A stretch of DNA of 60,563 nt from a virus (taxonomy: Duplodnaviria; Caudoviricetes): IMG/VR virus record IMGVR_UViG_3300036828_000612, positions 1-60,563 of that record. One strand, written 5' to 3'. Positions 35,797 through 44,656 of the stretch are shown here, piece by piece. The notes under the pieces are model-generated. The model saw nothing but the letters and a program-made list of their open reading frames with translations, was not told where the DNA came from and did no database searches. Position numbers and translations under genes: made by a program. How positions within the stretch are numbered: the stretch's first letter is position 1; every line of letters begins with the position of its first letter.

Positions 35797-36915
35797 TTAA
35801 CTCGCCACGCAGCTGGTGCATTTGATGACGGTGGTCGGCCCGACCACGATATCAACCGCCGCGCCATTAATCCGCAGCAGCGTCACATTGGTGATCGCTC
35901 CGGCAGTGGCTGCGTCGTAAGCCACCTGTGCCAGCTTCGTATAAGATAGCGTCTGCCCGATTTGCAAAGCATTGATAAACGTCACGACCGCAGTGTCCAC
36001 GGCGGCAAGCAGACCCAGCTTGTTGATGCCGGCCGCCACCGTGAGCGATAGGGTTACGAATACATTGAGCAGGATGGGCGCAATAACAGTGAACGACGTT
36101 CCCACCGGGCGCACCAGGTCAACGGCCGAGAATACCAGCTGTTGCAGCGCCAAAGAGGGATTGCCGGTGCCATCGTCCACAACCACGACAAAGAACCCGG
36201 CTGCCGGGCTGTTCTCAACGATATTGTAATTTAGCCCCTGCTGCGTGCTGACAATGGCGAACCCGACAGCTGCCAATGTTGCTTTCGACAACCCGCTGAT
36301 GAAAAGCACGAAGCGCGCCTTCAGCGCAACGTCGGTCTCTGCATCAATCCCTGTCGTAAAGGCAGCGGCATTGTTGACCGCATCGATGCCGGGAACAGCC
36401 GATGCCAGCAGGGTGATGCTATTGGCTTGCGCGTTGCCGGCGCTTCCCGATGTCAGCGCCTGCACGGGAACCGTCACGCTTGATGTGGCGGCTGCCAGAT
36501 CGTAACCCACCTGCACCGCATCCCATGCCGGATTGGTCGTGTCGGCGATTACCGAAAATATTGGACTATTCGTATCCGCCGTTCTCGCTTGCGCACCGAA
36601 AGGAACCAGTGTGGCAACGCCCGTCGAGATACGCGAGAACGTAACCAAGCCGGTTGCCGCTACGGCTGGCAGTCTGACCAGCGAAAAGTCGCCCACGTAT
36701 GTGTCAACATCCTGCCCGAGCGAACTTCCGAGCCGGGACGCAGACAGCGTCTGAGTGATCAGCCACTGAATCCACAGTGCGATTGATGCGTTGGCTTGCA
36801 GAATGGCGCGCAGTGTGGAGCCAACGGTAAGATTGAGCAGCTGCGAGCTGGCGCCCTGGACCGCGGCGGCGCTGTTCTGCACCAAGGTCTGGAAATTCTG
36901 GAACGACAGGATCAT
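35797..36915 (-). CDS. Baseplate J-like protein
   Basis: GSTLRAIL, RLPAVAATGLVTF, GSAGN, GIDAETDVALKARF. Confidence 0.92.
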   Translation of the reverse strand: MILSFQNFQTLVQNSAAAVQGASSQLLNLTVGSTLRAILQANASIALWIQWLITQTLSASRLGSSLGQDVDTYVGDFSLVRLPAVAATGLVTFSRISTGVATLVPFGAQARTADTNSPIFSVIADTTNPAWDAVQVGYDLAAATSSVTVPVQALTSGSAGNAQANSITLLASAVPGIDAVNNAAAFTTGIDAETDVALKARFVLFISGLSKATLAAVGFAIVSTQQGLNYNIVENSPAAGFFVVVVDDGTGNPSLALQQLVFSAVDLVRPVGTSFTVIAPILLNVFVTLSLTVAAGINKLGLLAAVDTAVVTFINALQIGQTLSYTKLAQVAYDAATAGAITNVTLLRINGAAVDIVVGPTTVIKCTSCVAS

Positions 36916-36917
36916 CG

Positions 36918-37286
36918 CTATACGGCCAGATTGAATTGCAGCACTTGTTGCTGGCCGGTCGGCGCATCTACATAGACGATATTCTCGGTTACCACGCCGG
37001 TGGCGCGGACGCTAACGGTCACCAGAGGCGCCGGGTCGCGAGCCACCACGTCTTCAAGGTACATCTGCGCGCGTGTAACGGCCTCAATGCGGGCCTTGTT
37101 GGCCGGCTGTCCGATAAAGTTCGGTAGGCCAGCGCCGTATTCCAGTTGCCAGATGTAATCCCCGGGATTCGTGAGCAACCGGCGCAGCACCCTTTGTTGC
37201 CCCAGCAGCGTGCCGTCCACGGTCGCAATGTCCCCGGTGCTGCTCAGCACGAGATCACTGCCAAACTCGTGAAAGAGATCCGCCAT
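36918..37286 (-). CDS. Baseplate W/gp25-like protein
   Basis: DLVLSSTGD...RVLRRLLTNPGDYIWQLEYGAGL. Confidence 0.85.
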   Translation of the reverse strand: MADLFHEFGSDLVLSSTGDIATVDGTLLGQQRVLRRLLTNPGDYIWQLEYGAGLPNFIGQPANKARIEAVTRAQMYLEDVVARDPAPLVTVSVRATGVVTENIVYVDAPTGQQQVLQFNLAV

Positions 37287-37289
37287 CGG

Positions 37290-37922
37290 TCAGGTCCCCG
37301 GCGTCGGAACGATCGTCGCCGCAGCAGTGCTGCCAACGGTCCCGTGACGATGCTGTAGCAGCGTGACCTGGTCGGCGGTGCCGAAGCCGCCAATGATATT
37401 TCCATCCACGTGGAGGTCGCCATTCGTAATGTGCACCGGGCTTCCGCCGCCGTTGATAGTGATGCCGGTGGAGTTCATGAAAACCGATGCGCCTTGCTGG
37501 CTGACAAGCAGCACGGACCCGTCGGCGGATAGCCGCACATAGTTTCCGTTCTGCGCGAACGCGGCCCATTCGCCAGGTTTCACTGCGACATTCTGGCCGC
37601 CTGGTGTGGTGGGCGGCTGCGGCGCAGCCGATGATTGGCTCCATGTGCCCCCAAGGATGATGCCGTGCTCGTGGTCGCCGGTATCGGCAATGACATTGAC
37701 TTGCTGGCCCAGGACCGGTGGCGAGACCGCACCAAACCCCGAACCGACCCATGGCGACACGACCGGCAGCCAGCCCGTCAGCACGCCTTCCGGCTGCAAC
37801 AGAACCTTTGCGGTGTAATGCACCGGATCGACACTCTGCACCGTGCCCCAGCGGGGCTGCGCCACCTGTGCGTCCATGCCGCCCATATGCATACGCATGG
37901 CGTTGATGAGCCGCGCGGTCAT
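37290..37922 (-). CDS. Baseplate central spike (gpV-like)
   Basis: GTVQSVDP...TGWLP...G.QV OB-fold; C-terminal HRH iron-binding tip. Confidence 0.9.
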   Translation of the reverse strand: MTARLINAMRMHMGGMDAQVAQPRWGTVQSVDPVHYTAKVLLQPEGVLTGWLPVVSPWVGSGFGAVSPPVLGQQVNVIADTGDHEHGIILGGTWSQSSAAPQPPTTPGGQNVAVKPGEWAAFAQNGNYVRLSADGSVLLVSQQGASVFMNSTGITINGGGSPVHITNGDLHVDGNIIGGFGTADQVTLLQHRHGTVGSTAAATIVPTPGT

Positions 37923-39169
37923 CAGGTCACCTGCGTTTGCGACCGCGGCGACGAGTTTTTCGCGCGTATTGACATGCGAAACCCTTCGTGAAAGCTGAGC
38001 GACCGGCGCAATTCTGAAATGTAGTATGTCTGATCGAAGGACGTCGACGTGCCGGTGAGCTGCACCAGATTGCGCGCGGTCAGGGCCAGCTCCCCTGGCA
38101 TCTGGATCTCAAGAACGCGCTCGTGCCTTGTGAGGTCGGCGGCAATCTGGTTTGCCAGCGCTTGAGCCGCTGCTTCGGTCAAGTTCGGCCGCACGTAGGT
38201 ATAGCGCTGTGTCGTGTTCGAACTGCCGCTGCTATTGCCGGAGACGGCGCTTGCCCTGCGGGTTCCGCTGGCACGGCTCTTGCGTACAAATCCCTTGCCG
38301 CGCTGAGAGCTCCACGACCGCACCCAAACTTCGATATCCTTGGCCAAGGTAAGACTGCGTTGCATCTGCAACGTCGTGATATTCATACGCGGTATGGCCG
38401 ATGCATGATCCCAGCGAACGACAAATGGATTGGAGTCCGGCGACGTAATCGGCTCAAAATGCAGTGTCGTGCCCGAGACAAAAACGTCAAACCCTTCGCG
38501 CTGGGCAAGATAGATCAACAGATCCCATTCGGTTGTCGTACGGCTAAACTGATTGGCGGTATCCCGCACATGATCGCCTTCATAATAGCGCCCGACGAGC
38601 GTCGACGTTGGCGTTACTTGAGCCGATAGGTTATGCCGGCCGGCCAAGATCGTCGCAACCTGCGATGATGTCTGATTGACGAAAGCTTCCTGCGTCGGAC
38701 TTTCGATCAGTCTCGACGAAAGGTCATGACCGTCGACCAGCAGCGTACCGGTCTGCAAGTTCATGACCATGTGGTTCACTTCGCCGATCAGCAGTGAGGT
38801 CCACGAGGCGGCGGCATTGAGGCTGAACTGAACATCAAGCAGCCACGGCGGCTCGACATCCCACCATCCCGGCGGCGCGGCTGAGGCAGCGAACTCAAGA
38901 TGGAAACTATCGGCCTGATAGTAGGAGTTGTTTTCCACTTCAGCGCGAATGAGCCCCGCCAGCGGCTGCCCGTCCTGTAGCGCCTGCACGAGAGGACGGC
39001 GAACGGCGCCTTGTGGGCCGGCCGGATCGTTGAGCGGCGCGCCTGGCGCGGTCTGGCCGGCGACATCCTGTGCTGGCGTCGGCGGAGCGGGCGGCGGTAT
39101 CGGCGGGGTGGGCAAGTCCCGCTTGGCCGTGACGGTGATTTCCGGCAGTTGCGTCGGCGCTACACCCAC
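37922..39169 (-). CDS. Baseplate hub (P2 D/Mu gp44-like)
   Basis: QADSF, GHDLSSRLI, EWDLLIYLAQREGF, MPGELAL...FDQTYY. Confidence 0.85.
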   Translation of the reverse strand: MGVAPTQLPEITVTAKRDLPTPPIPPPAPPTPAQDVAGQTAPGAPLNDPAGPQGAVRRPLVQALQDGQPLAGLIRAEVENNSYYQADSFHLEFAASAAPPGWWDVEPPWLLDVQFSLNAAASWTSLLIGEVNHMVMNLQTGTLLVDGHDLSSRLIESPTQEAFVNQTSSQVATILAGRHNLSAQVTPTSTLVGRYYEGDHVRDTANQFSRTTTEWDLLIYLAQREGFDVFVSGTTLHFEPITSPDSNPFVVRWDHASAIPRMNITTLQMQRSLTLAKDIEVWVRSWSSQRGKGFVRKSRASGTRRASAVSGNSSGSSNTTQRYTYVRPNLTEAAAQALANQIAADLTRHERVLEIQMPGELALTARNLVQLTGTSTSFDQTYYISELRRSLSFHEGFRMSIRAKNSSPRSQTQVT

Positions 39170-39492
39170 GGGGCGCCAGCCAGGTTCACCGCAGCGCGGC
39201 CAAGGTACCCCTGGGCCTGCGTTGCGACGGCGACCAAGCCGGTCTGCGTCACGGCGGCCAACAGGTCAGCGGCATTGCTCACAAGCCCGCCAGGAGCCGC
39301 CCCAGCCTCAATAGCGAGCAGCCCCACATCTGCGGCCTGCCTGGCGGCAAGCAGTGCACCCTGGGCGTTCTGAATGGCCAGCAACGCTTGCTGCGCGGTG
39401 CCCGCGTCCTCAGATAGCGTCCCGAGCGCGGTCAGCGTCGCTTGGGCCGTTGCTACCGCATCGATCGCCGGCTGGATTGCCATATCAATCAA
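39160..39492 (-). CDS. Small Ala-rich tail/baseplate protein
   Basis: Coupled to neighbours; GYLGRAAVNL. Confidence 0.65.
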   Translation of the reverse strand: MIDMAIQPAIDAVATAQATLTALGTLSEDAGTAQQALLAIQNAQGALLAARQAADVGLLAIEAGAAPGGLVSNAADLLAAVTQTGLVAVATQAQGYLGRAAVNLAGAPWV

Positions 39493-40013
39493 CCATTGGC
39501 CGGTGCTGTATTGAGCGAGGCGGCCGAGCTGTTGACATCGTTATTAACCGCACCTGTCAGGCTCGGTTGCTGGGCTGTTGGGGCTGAGGGTCCACTACCC
39601 AACACCAGACATGAAATACGGTATTGTAGCGGCCCGCTGGTGCGATCGTCAGCGGCAAAATCATCAATCAGCACCGTGTAGTAGTAGTTACCCCATGTCA
39701 GAGGAAGCGGATTGCCGTCGACCCGCATCTGATCGAGCCGCTGCACGCTCTGAGACGGGAACTGGTTCAGAAACGCGCCAGACCATTGCAGATAGTGATC
39801 GTCTGGCCCGAGCAGATCGACCACACGCTCCCCGCCAGGCAGACGGTGCACGGTCATTGCCTGCTTGCCACCAAAGGTGACATGTGGCGGCACTTCGAAG
39901 CCCGTGAAGACGAAATCTCCCAATACGACTGGACCAAGGGCGCCAAAATCCAGTATGCCAACGACATTGACCGCCTGAAGCCCGACATCGAAGGCGATAA
40001 GTGCGCCGCTCAT
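39489..40013 (-). CDS. Tail tube initiator (P2 U-like)
   Basis: LGDFVFTGFEVP...GGKQ...VHRLPGGERVVD. Confidence 0.75.
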   Translation of the reverse strand: MSGALIAFDVGLQAVNVVGILDFGALGPVVLGDFVFTGFEVPPHVTFGGKQAMTVHRLPGGERVVDLLGPDDHYLQWSGAFLNQFPSQSVQRLDQMRVDGNPLPLTWGNYYYTVLIDDFAADDRTSGPLQYRISCLVLGSGPSAPTAQQPSLTGAVNNDVNSSAASLNTAPANG

Positions 40014-42043
40014 GGCGCCACCCAGCTGGCCGACAGTGCCGTGTGAAGCGGAGTCATGCGCAGGTCAGGCTGTGCCGAGCCGGCCGGCGCGCGCGAGGCT
40101 TGATCGGCCACGTGATTGGCTACGCCGGTGGCGAGATCGCGCCCGTTCAGGACGTTGACATTCAGCGCGTGGGCGAAGATGTCTTTCAGCGCACCGATGA
40201 ATTTGTCGGTGAGCGTGGCAATGGCGGCCGCGGTATTGTCTTTCTGGACATCCTGGCTGATCCGCGGCGCGCCCGCGTGGTGGTAGAGGTCTTCGGCCAT
40301 GCCGGCATAGGGTGAGAACATCGGCACCAGAACGGCTCGATTGCCACGCTCTATCATAGGCGTTGCATCGAAACCCGGTGTTGTCGGGCGGCCCGTGGGC
40401 GTGCCGGGCGGGCGCACCAGCTTTGGAAAGCGTTCTGCCATGGATTTGCCGCCATAAGGCGCACGGTCATCCTCTGGGGACTGTGTCGACGATGGCAGCA
40501 TTCCCATAATGAAGCCGAGCGGCCCGAGTAACCGCGTCAGTCCAGCAGCAAGCACCCCCAGACCGGTCCCGACCGCACCGAGGTTCGCGCCCATGGTTGC
40601 CAGCCCGGCAATCGCGGCAAGGCCGCGCAGTGGCAGCAAAAGACCACCGAGAACTATCCTCAGCACGAGGATTGATCCACGGAGGGCCGCAAGCGCTGCT
40701 AGAGAGGTGGTCAGCCCCATCAAAACCGCCGCTATGGTCTGATGCCCCTCGGACAAGCGGGTAAAGTAGTGAATGCCGTCTGTCAGTCCGTGCAGGATTG
40801 CAATTGCCGCTGGAATGCCAGCGCTTCCGAGACTTTCCATGAGACCGGCCCAAGCTGCGGAAAACTGCATGATATTATAATCCAGGTTTTCGTTTTGCAG
40901 CCTGTTGAATGCCTTTTGCAGTTCATCGATATTCTTAAACATGCCGCGCGCGCGCTCGAACTGTGGCGCCGCTGACAATGCTTCCCCGACAAAGCGCTGT
41001 GTCGTCTGCCGCCCGAATAGACGGAAAACCTCTAGCAGTTTCTGATGGTCGTCCAGTCCTTGCTTCGTCATGAGGTCGTTGAGCGGACCGGTGATGTAGG
41101 CGATCGGGTCCTTCATGGCTTCACCGAAGCGTGCGGTAGCCGCCGGCGAGAGGTTCACCGAACCCCCGCGGTTGGTGGTGAACTCACCAGGCTCTAGCAA
41201 TCCCTCTCGGGCCATTTCCTTGGCAACACGCACCGGCATGATGCCGCCGACCAACTGGCTGAACAACGACGTCACGGAAGTGCCCGCGCGCTGGAAGCCT
41301 TGCGAAATACCCATTTCAACCATGGCCGCGTAGAAGGCTTCTTGCGTCATCGTCTTGACAGGCAGGCCTGCTTGACGCGCCATCGCAACCAAGTCATTCG
41401 ATTTCATATAGTTGCCGCCCAGGATCAGCCCCTTCCTGGCCGCTTCCAGCTCCGGCATGAACTTGGTAGGGTCAATAAACTCTTTGCCGCTGGCGTCTTT
41501 GGAAAACAGTTTTGCCCTGATATCAATGGTCTTGATCAGGTTTTTGATGATATCGTCTTGCTCTTCCCCGGTATATTGATGGACGAGCGCCGCCACCTTT
41601 GCGGCCTCTGTCAGAAGATTGGTGCCCCTGCCGGACAGCATCTCGGTGACGGCCTGCGGGCTCTGCAACTGCGTTCCAAGCTCGCGCTGCATACGCACCA
41701 ACTCGGAAGGCTTGAATGTGCCGACCTGCTCGGCCGTCCGGAAAGCTGCCGTTCTGGCTGCGCCGATCGTCGAGGCGAATTCGCCGCCCAGCTGCTGCGT
41801 GCGGATAAGCTCGTTGTTCAGTTCCTTCGACGCCTTGATGACGTGCCAGATGCCCTCTATGGTTTTGAACCCAGCGAATGCAGTAACCGCGCCGCCGACC
41901 AGCAGCGCCATCTTCCCCAGGTTCGCATTTATATGCCCGATCGAGGCATTCACACCGGTCAGGTGGCGCAGCATGAGCTGAAGCACCTGGCCGGCATTAC
42001 TGGTCATGCCGATGTGGACGCCGATGCGGAAAACGTCGATCAT
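40010..42043 (-). CDS. Tape measure protein
   Basis: 677 aa helical Ala/Gly/Leu-rich protein with hydrophobic stretches; position between chaperones and baseplate. Confidence 0.85.
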   Translation of the reverse strand: MIDVFRIGVHIGMTSNAGQVLQLMLRHLTGVNASIGHINANLGKMALLVGGAVTAFAGFKTIEGIWHVIKASKELNNELIRTQQLGGEFASTIGAARTAAFRTAEQVGTFKPSELVRMQRELGTQLQSPQAVTEMLSGRGTNLLTEAAKVAALVHQYTGEEQDDIIKNLIKTIDIRAKLFSKDASGKEFIDPTKFMPELEAARKGLILGGNYMKSNDLVAMARQAGLPVKTMTQEAFYAAMVEMGISQGFQRAGTSVTSLFSQLVGGIMPVRVAKEMAREGLLEPGEFTTNRGGSVNLSPAATARFGEAMKDPIAYITGPLNDLMTKQGLDDHQKLLEVFRLFGRQTTQRFVGEALSAAPQFERARGMFKNIDELQKAFNRLQNENLDYNIMQFSAAWAGLMESLGSAGIPAAIAILHGLTDGIHYFTRLSEGHQTIAAVLMGLTTSLAALAALRGSILVLRIVLGGLLLPLRGLAAIAGLATMGANLGAVGTGLGVLAAGLTRLLGPLGFIMGMLPSSTQSPEDDRAPYGGKSMAERFPKLVRPPGTPTGRPTTPGFDATPMIERGNRAVLVPMFSPYAGMAEDLYHHAGAPRISQDVQKDNTAAAIATLTDKFIGALKDIFAHALNVNVLNGRDLATGVANHVADQASRAPAGSAQPDLRMTPLHTALSASWVAP

Positions 42044-42103
42044 CGTAACGGTTACTCCGATCGACTAGAATGTGTTATAGTGACCGCCTAGGGAGAAAAA
42101 TAG

Positions 42104-42346
42104 ATGGAATTTCAAGATGATGGCGGAACACCCGCTTGGCGACAGCGTCACCAGCCAGGATGGGGGCCGCAAATCGATGTATACCCGAACCGCAGAGCGG
42201 CATTGAAGGCGCATTTCCAGAAACATCCGTTCCATTGGATCGTGCTTGGCATCTGGGCCGGGCTGCTGCCATGGATCGTGTTCTTCGTCGGGGTAATCCT
42301 ACTGATGCTCTATGACACTACGCTAAGGATCTTTTGGAGCTTCTAA
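42104..42346 (+). CDS. Small membrane protein moron (candidate superinfection exclusion)
   Basis: Own TG-TATAGT -10 box and GGGAG RBS; long hydrophobic C-terminus; opposite strand, next to the TMP gene. Confidence 0.6.
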   Translation: MEFQDDGGTPAWRQRHQPGWGPQIDVYPNRRAALKAHFQKHPFHWIVLGIWAGLLPWIVFFVGVILLMLYDTTLRIFWSF

Positions 42347-42356
42347 GCTGGCAGAG

Positions 42357-42863
42357 CTATTCTGGTCCCTCATCTAGGGGAATCCTCAGCGCTCGGCCCG
42401 CCACCTCTTCCCCAACCAGGGCAACCACTGGGGACAGCCCTAAAATACGCGCCAGCTGCGGCCCCTTACGAGCCGCTGCGCCGCCAAGGAATGACCTCGG
42501 GGGAATGCGCGCGGTGCCCAATTCCTGATATTCAGCAATATCATCGTTGCTGCCAACAACGCCCTCACGCTCACCAACCGCAATACCGATTGAATCCCGC
42601 ATGATGCCGGTTCGCAGCAGAGGATCATCGGCCGATTTCTGGCCGGTGTAACCCAGCTTGAACTTTTCCTCCAACGTGCTTTCGGCCAGCGGTTGCCAAG
42701 CCATGAACGGCCCGATTGCACCCTGATATTTGCCGATCTCACGCTTTGCCTCACGCTGGACCATCTTACAGGCCCGTTCCATGGCGCGGTGCTCGTGGTG
42801 ATGCAGTGCTGCCGCCGCACCCGCCAGATGGCCAATAAAGCCAGGCAGCGTCATGGATCGCAT
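42357..42863 (-). CDS. HK97 gp10-like tail/neck protein
   Basis: PLLRTGIMRDSI...AEYQELGTARIPPRSFL. Confidence 0.85.
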   Translation of the reverse strand: MRSMTLPGFIGHLAGAAAALHHHEHRAMERACKMVQREAKREIGKYQGAIGPFMAWQPLAESTLEEKFKLGYTGQKSADDPLLRTGIMRDSIGIAVGEREGVVGSNDDIAEYQELGTARIPPRSFLGGAAARKGPQLARILGLSPVVALVGEEVAGRALRIPLDEGPE

Positions 42864-43057
42864 CAGGGCCTCGGTTTCCAGCGGCCGGTCGACCAGTCCA
42901 TGGTCCCGCCGTTGTGTTCTCCCTTGATGATGACCAGCGCCGAGCGAAACTCATCATCTGCCTCGTTCACCAAATCGAACGGTAGGTTGCCTTCGCAGAG
43001 GTAGACCATATCGCGCAGCGGCCGGAACTCGACTAGGAGCCGGATGGCGTCAAAGGG
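42863..43057 (-). CDS. Tail assembly chaperone GT extension (-1 frameshift)
   Basis: Slippery C CCT TTG at 43051-43057; -1 frame open to TGA 42863, overlapping the next ATG: FDAIRLLVEF...LPFDL...GGTMDWSTGRW. Confidence 0.75.
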   Translation of the reverse strand, partial: PFDAIRLLVEFRPLRDMVYLCEGNLPFDLVNEADDEFRSALVIIKGEHNGGTMDWSTGRWKPRP

Positions 43058-43398
43058 CCAGCACGCGTTGCCCCTTCAGCCGCTGCTGCCTCAGCCGCTT
43101 CGATGCCCCGACGAACCTCAGCCATGCGAACGGCCATGAGCGAATTCACGCCGTCATCGCCAAGCCGGGTCAGCACGGCATCGATCTGCACTTCGTTGGT
43201 TGGGAATGGAATCGGCACGCCGTCAATGTCGGCCGCCATGCAAGCCACTTCGACTACTTGCACGTATGGCTGGTTTTCCGCCTGTCTTGGCCCGATCGCC
43301 CGCAGGATCTTGACCTGATCGACCACGGTGAGCTTGCGCAGTCCTATCTTGCGACCGCCCGCGTCTGTGACAGAGGTAGGCGACACGGTGTCGCTCAT
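43033..43398 (-). CDS. Tail assembly chaperone (G)
   Basis: VTDAGGRKIGLRKL...IDGVPIPFP...RLGDDG. Confidence 0.8.
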   Translation of the reverse strand: MSDTVSPTSVTDAGGRKIGLRKLTVVDQVKILRAIGPRQAENQPYVQVVEVACMAADIDGVPIPFPTNEVQIDAVLTRLGDDGVNSLMAVRMAEVRRGIEAAEAAAAEGATRAGPLTPSGS

Positions 43399-43577
43399 GG
43401 CTTTACACCGTCATACGGCGTCGGAATGAAACCGTAGACGTCATGACGCCCGGGCGTATCCAGAATCACCAGTCGGCGCCCGCTGGCCATGACCATGACG
43501 GTCACGTAGCCTCGTTTGACGGTCGCCGTCACAACATCTCCGACAAGAGCCTGCAAGGGAATCCGCTGGGGAATCAC
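43395..43577 (-). CDS. Hypothetical protein
   Basis: GGGAG RBS, GTG start, coupled to the chaperone gene. Confidence 0.5.
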   Translation of the reverse strand: MIPQRIPLQALVGDVVTATVKRGYVTVMVMASGRRLVILDTPGRHDVYGFIPTPYDGVKP

Positions 43578-43625
43578 CGATATCTCCCATGCGCCACCCG
43601 ATCGGCGTAACGGTAGCCGTCCTGA

Positions 43626-43883
43626 TCACCGGCGGCGCGGCCGTAGCCGGTGGCGGCCACACTGTTGGTCAGCAGTAGCGTCAACATTACAATAACAGTC
43701 CAGATCATAGCGCTTTCCTATGCGTAGCGGGCCGAACCACATGACCACCATGAACACCAACAAGATGAGATCGACGATCACAGCGGCCACCGATAGAACC
43801 GCGGTGGACCGTCCGACACGGACGCGATATGCCACACGAGACGGATCATCACGAAAACGCCAACCGCGCCAATAAGCCACCAC
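43626..43883 (-). CDS. Small membrane protein
   Basis: Hydrophobic segment AVLSVAAVIVDLILLVFMVVMWF. Confidence 0.45.
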   Translation of the reverse strand: MVAYWRGWRFRDDPSRVAYRVRVGRSTAVLSVAAVIVDLILLVFMVVMWFGPLRIGKRYDLDCYCNVDATADQQCGRHRLRPRRR

Positions 43884-43884
43884 A

Positions 43885-44328
43885 TCACGTCAGCTTCCTT
43901 TGGGCGTAGCCTTCGAAGGTCTGCTTGATCGGCTGATCGGTTTTAAAGTCGCCGCCCTGTGTCACCTTGATTGTCATCCCGGCAAAAGACCACGTCGTCT
44001 GCGAGCCGTCCACCTCGTTAATGAAGAAGAACGCCGTGCCATTGGCGCTGGTGCCCGGATCGGCCGAGCCGACAGCCCACCACCCTGCCTCAATGGCGGT
44101 AACCAGGGTGTCGTTTGCCGGGCCATTCCGATCGACGGTAAACCGCAGGCGATGGCCGGCCGGCAGAAACCGCTCGATCGGCGGCCCGTTCAACAGGTCG
44201 GAGCGCGCCGTTTTGTATTCCGGCGTCCAGTCAAAATCGGTCACGCCACTGAGGTCGAACCGAACACCGTTTGGTGCAATAAACACAGCTTGTGCGTCGC
44301 GGCCAACGGTAAACGTGCCGAGTGCCAT
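43885..44328 (-). CDS. Tail tube protein
   Basis: FTVGRD...INEVDGSQT; follows the sheath gene; GGAG RBS. Confidence 0.8.
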   Translation of the reverse strand: MALGTFTVGRDAQAVFIAPNGVRFDLSGVTDFDWTPEYKTARSDLLNGPPIERFLPAGHRLRFTVDRNGPANDTLVTAIEAGWWAVGSADPGTSANGTAFFFINEVDGSQTTWSFAGMTIKVTQGGDFKTDQPIKQTFEGYAQRKLT

Positions 44329-44343
44329 CTAAATCTCCGGGGA

Positions 44344-44652
44344 CTAATCGAGGCTTACGAGCGATGAAAGAGGCGGCAGGGTAATGTCGCCGCGGCGAGA
44401 GCCGGGCCGCGGATGTGGCGTCGGCAATTGTGCTGCGGCTGATGCCTCTCGCGCCGCGGCAACAGCGGCTGCGCCGCCCAAGGGATGGGACCGCCGCGGG
44501 AGGTACAGCTTCTTGATCTGATGATCCAAGACCAGCTCGGAGACGCCAAGAATTCGGGCGATTCTTCGGCGCGTTAAGCAAGGCTCAAAGGCCCACAGCT
44601 CACGCAGTTGCGTAAGCTGCCCATTCGACCATATGGCCCCGGGCCGGCCCAT
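44344..44652 (-). CDS. Second GcrA-like N-terminal HTH protein, between sheath and tube
   Basis: WSNGQLTQLRELW...RRIARILGVS...IKKLYLPRR...TLPPLSSL. Confidence 0.6.
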   Translation of the reverse strand: MGRPGAIWSNGQLTQLRELWAFEPCLTRRRIARILGVSELVLDHQIKKLYLPRRSHPLGGAAAVAAAREASAAAQLPTPHPRPGSRRGDITLPPLSSLVSLD

Positions 44653-44656
44653 GCGA

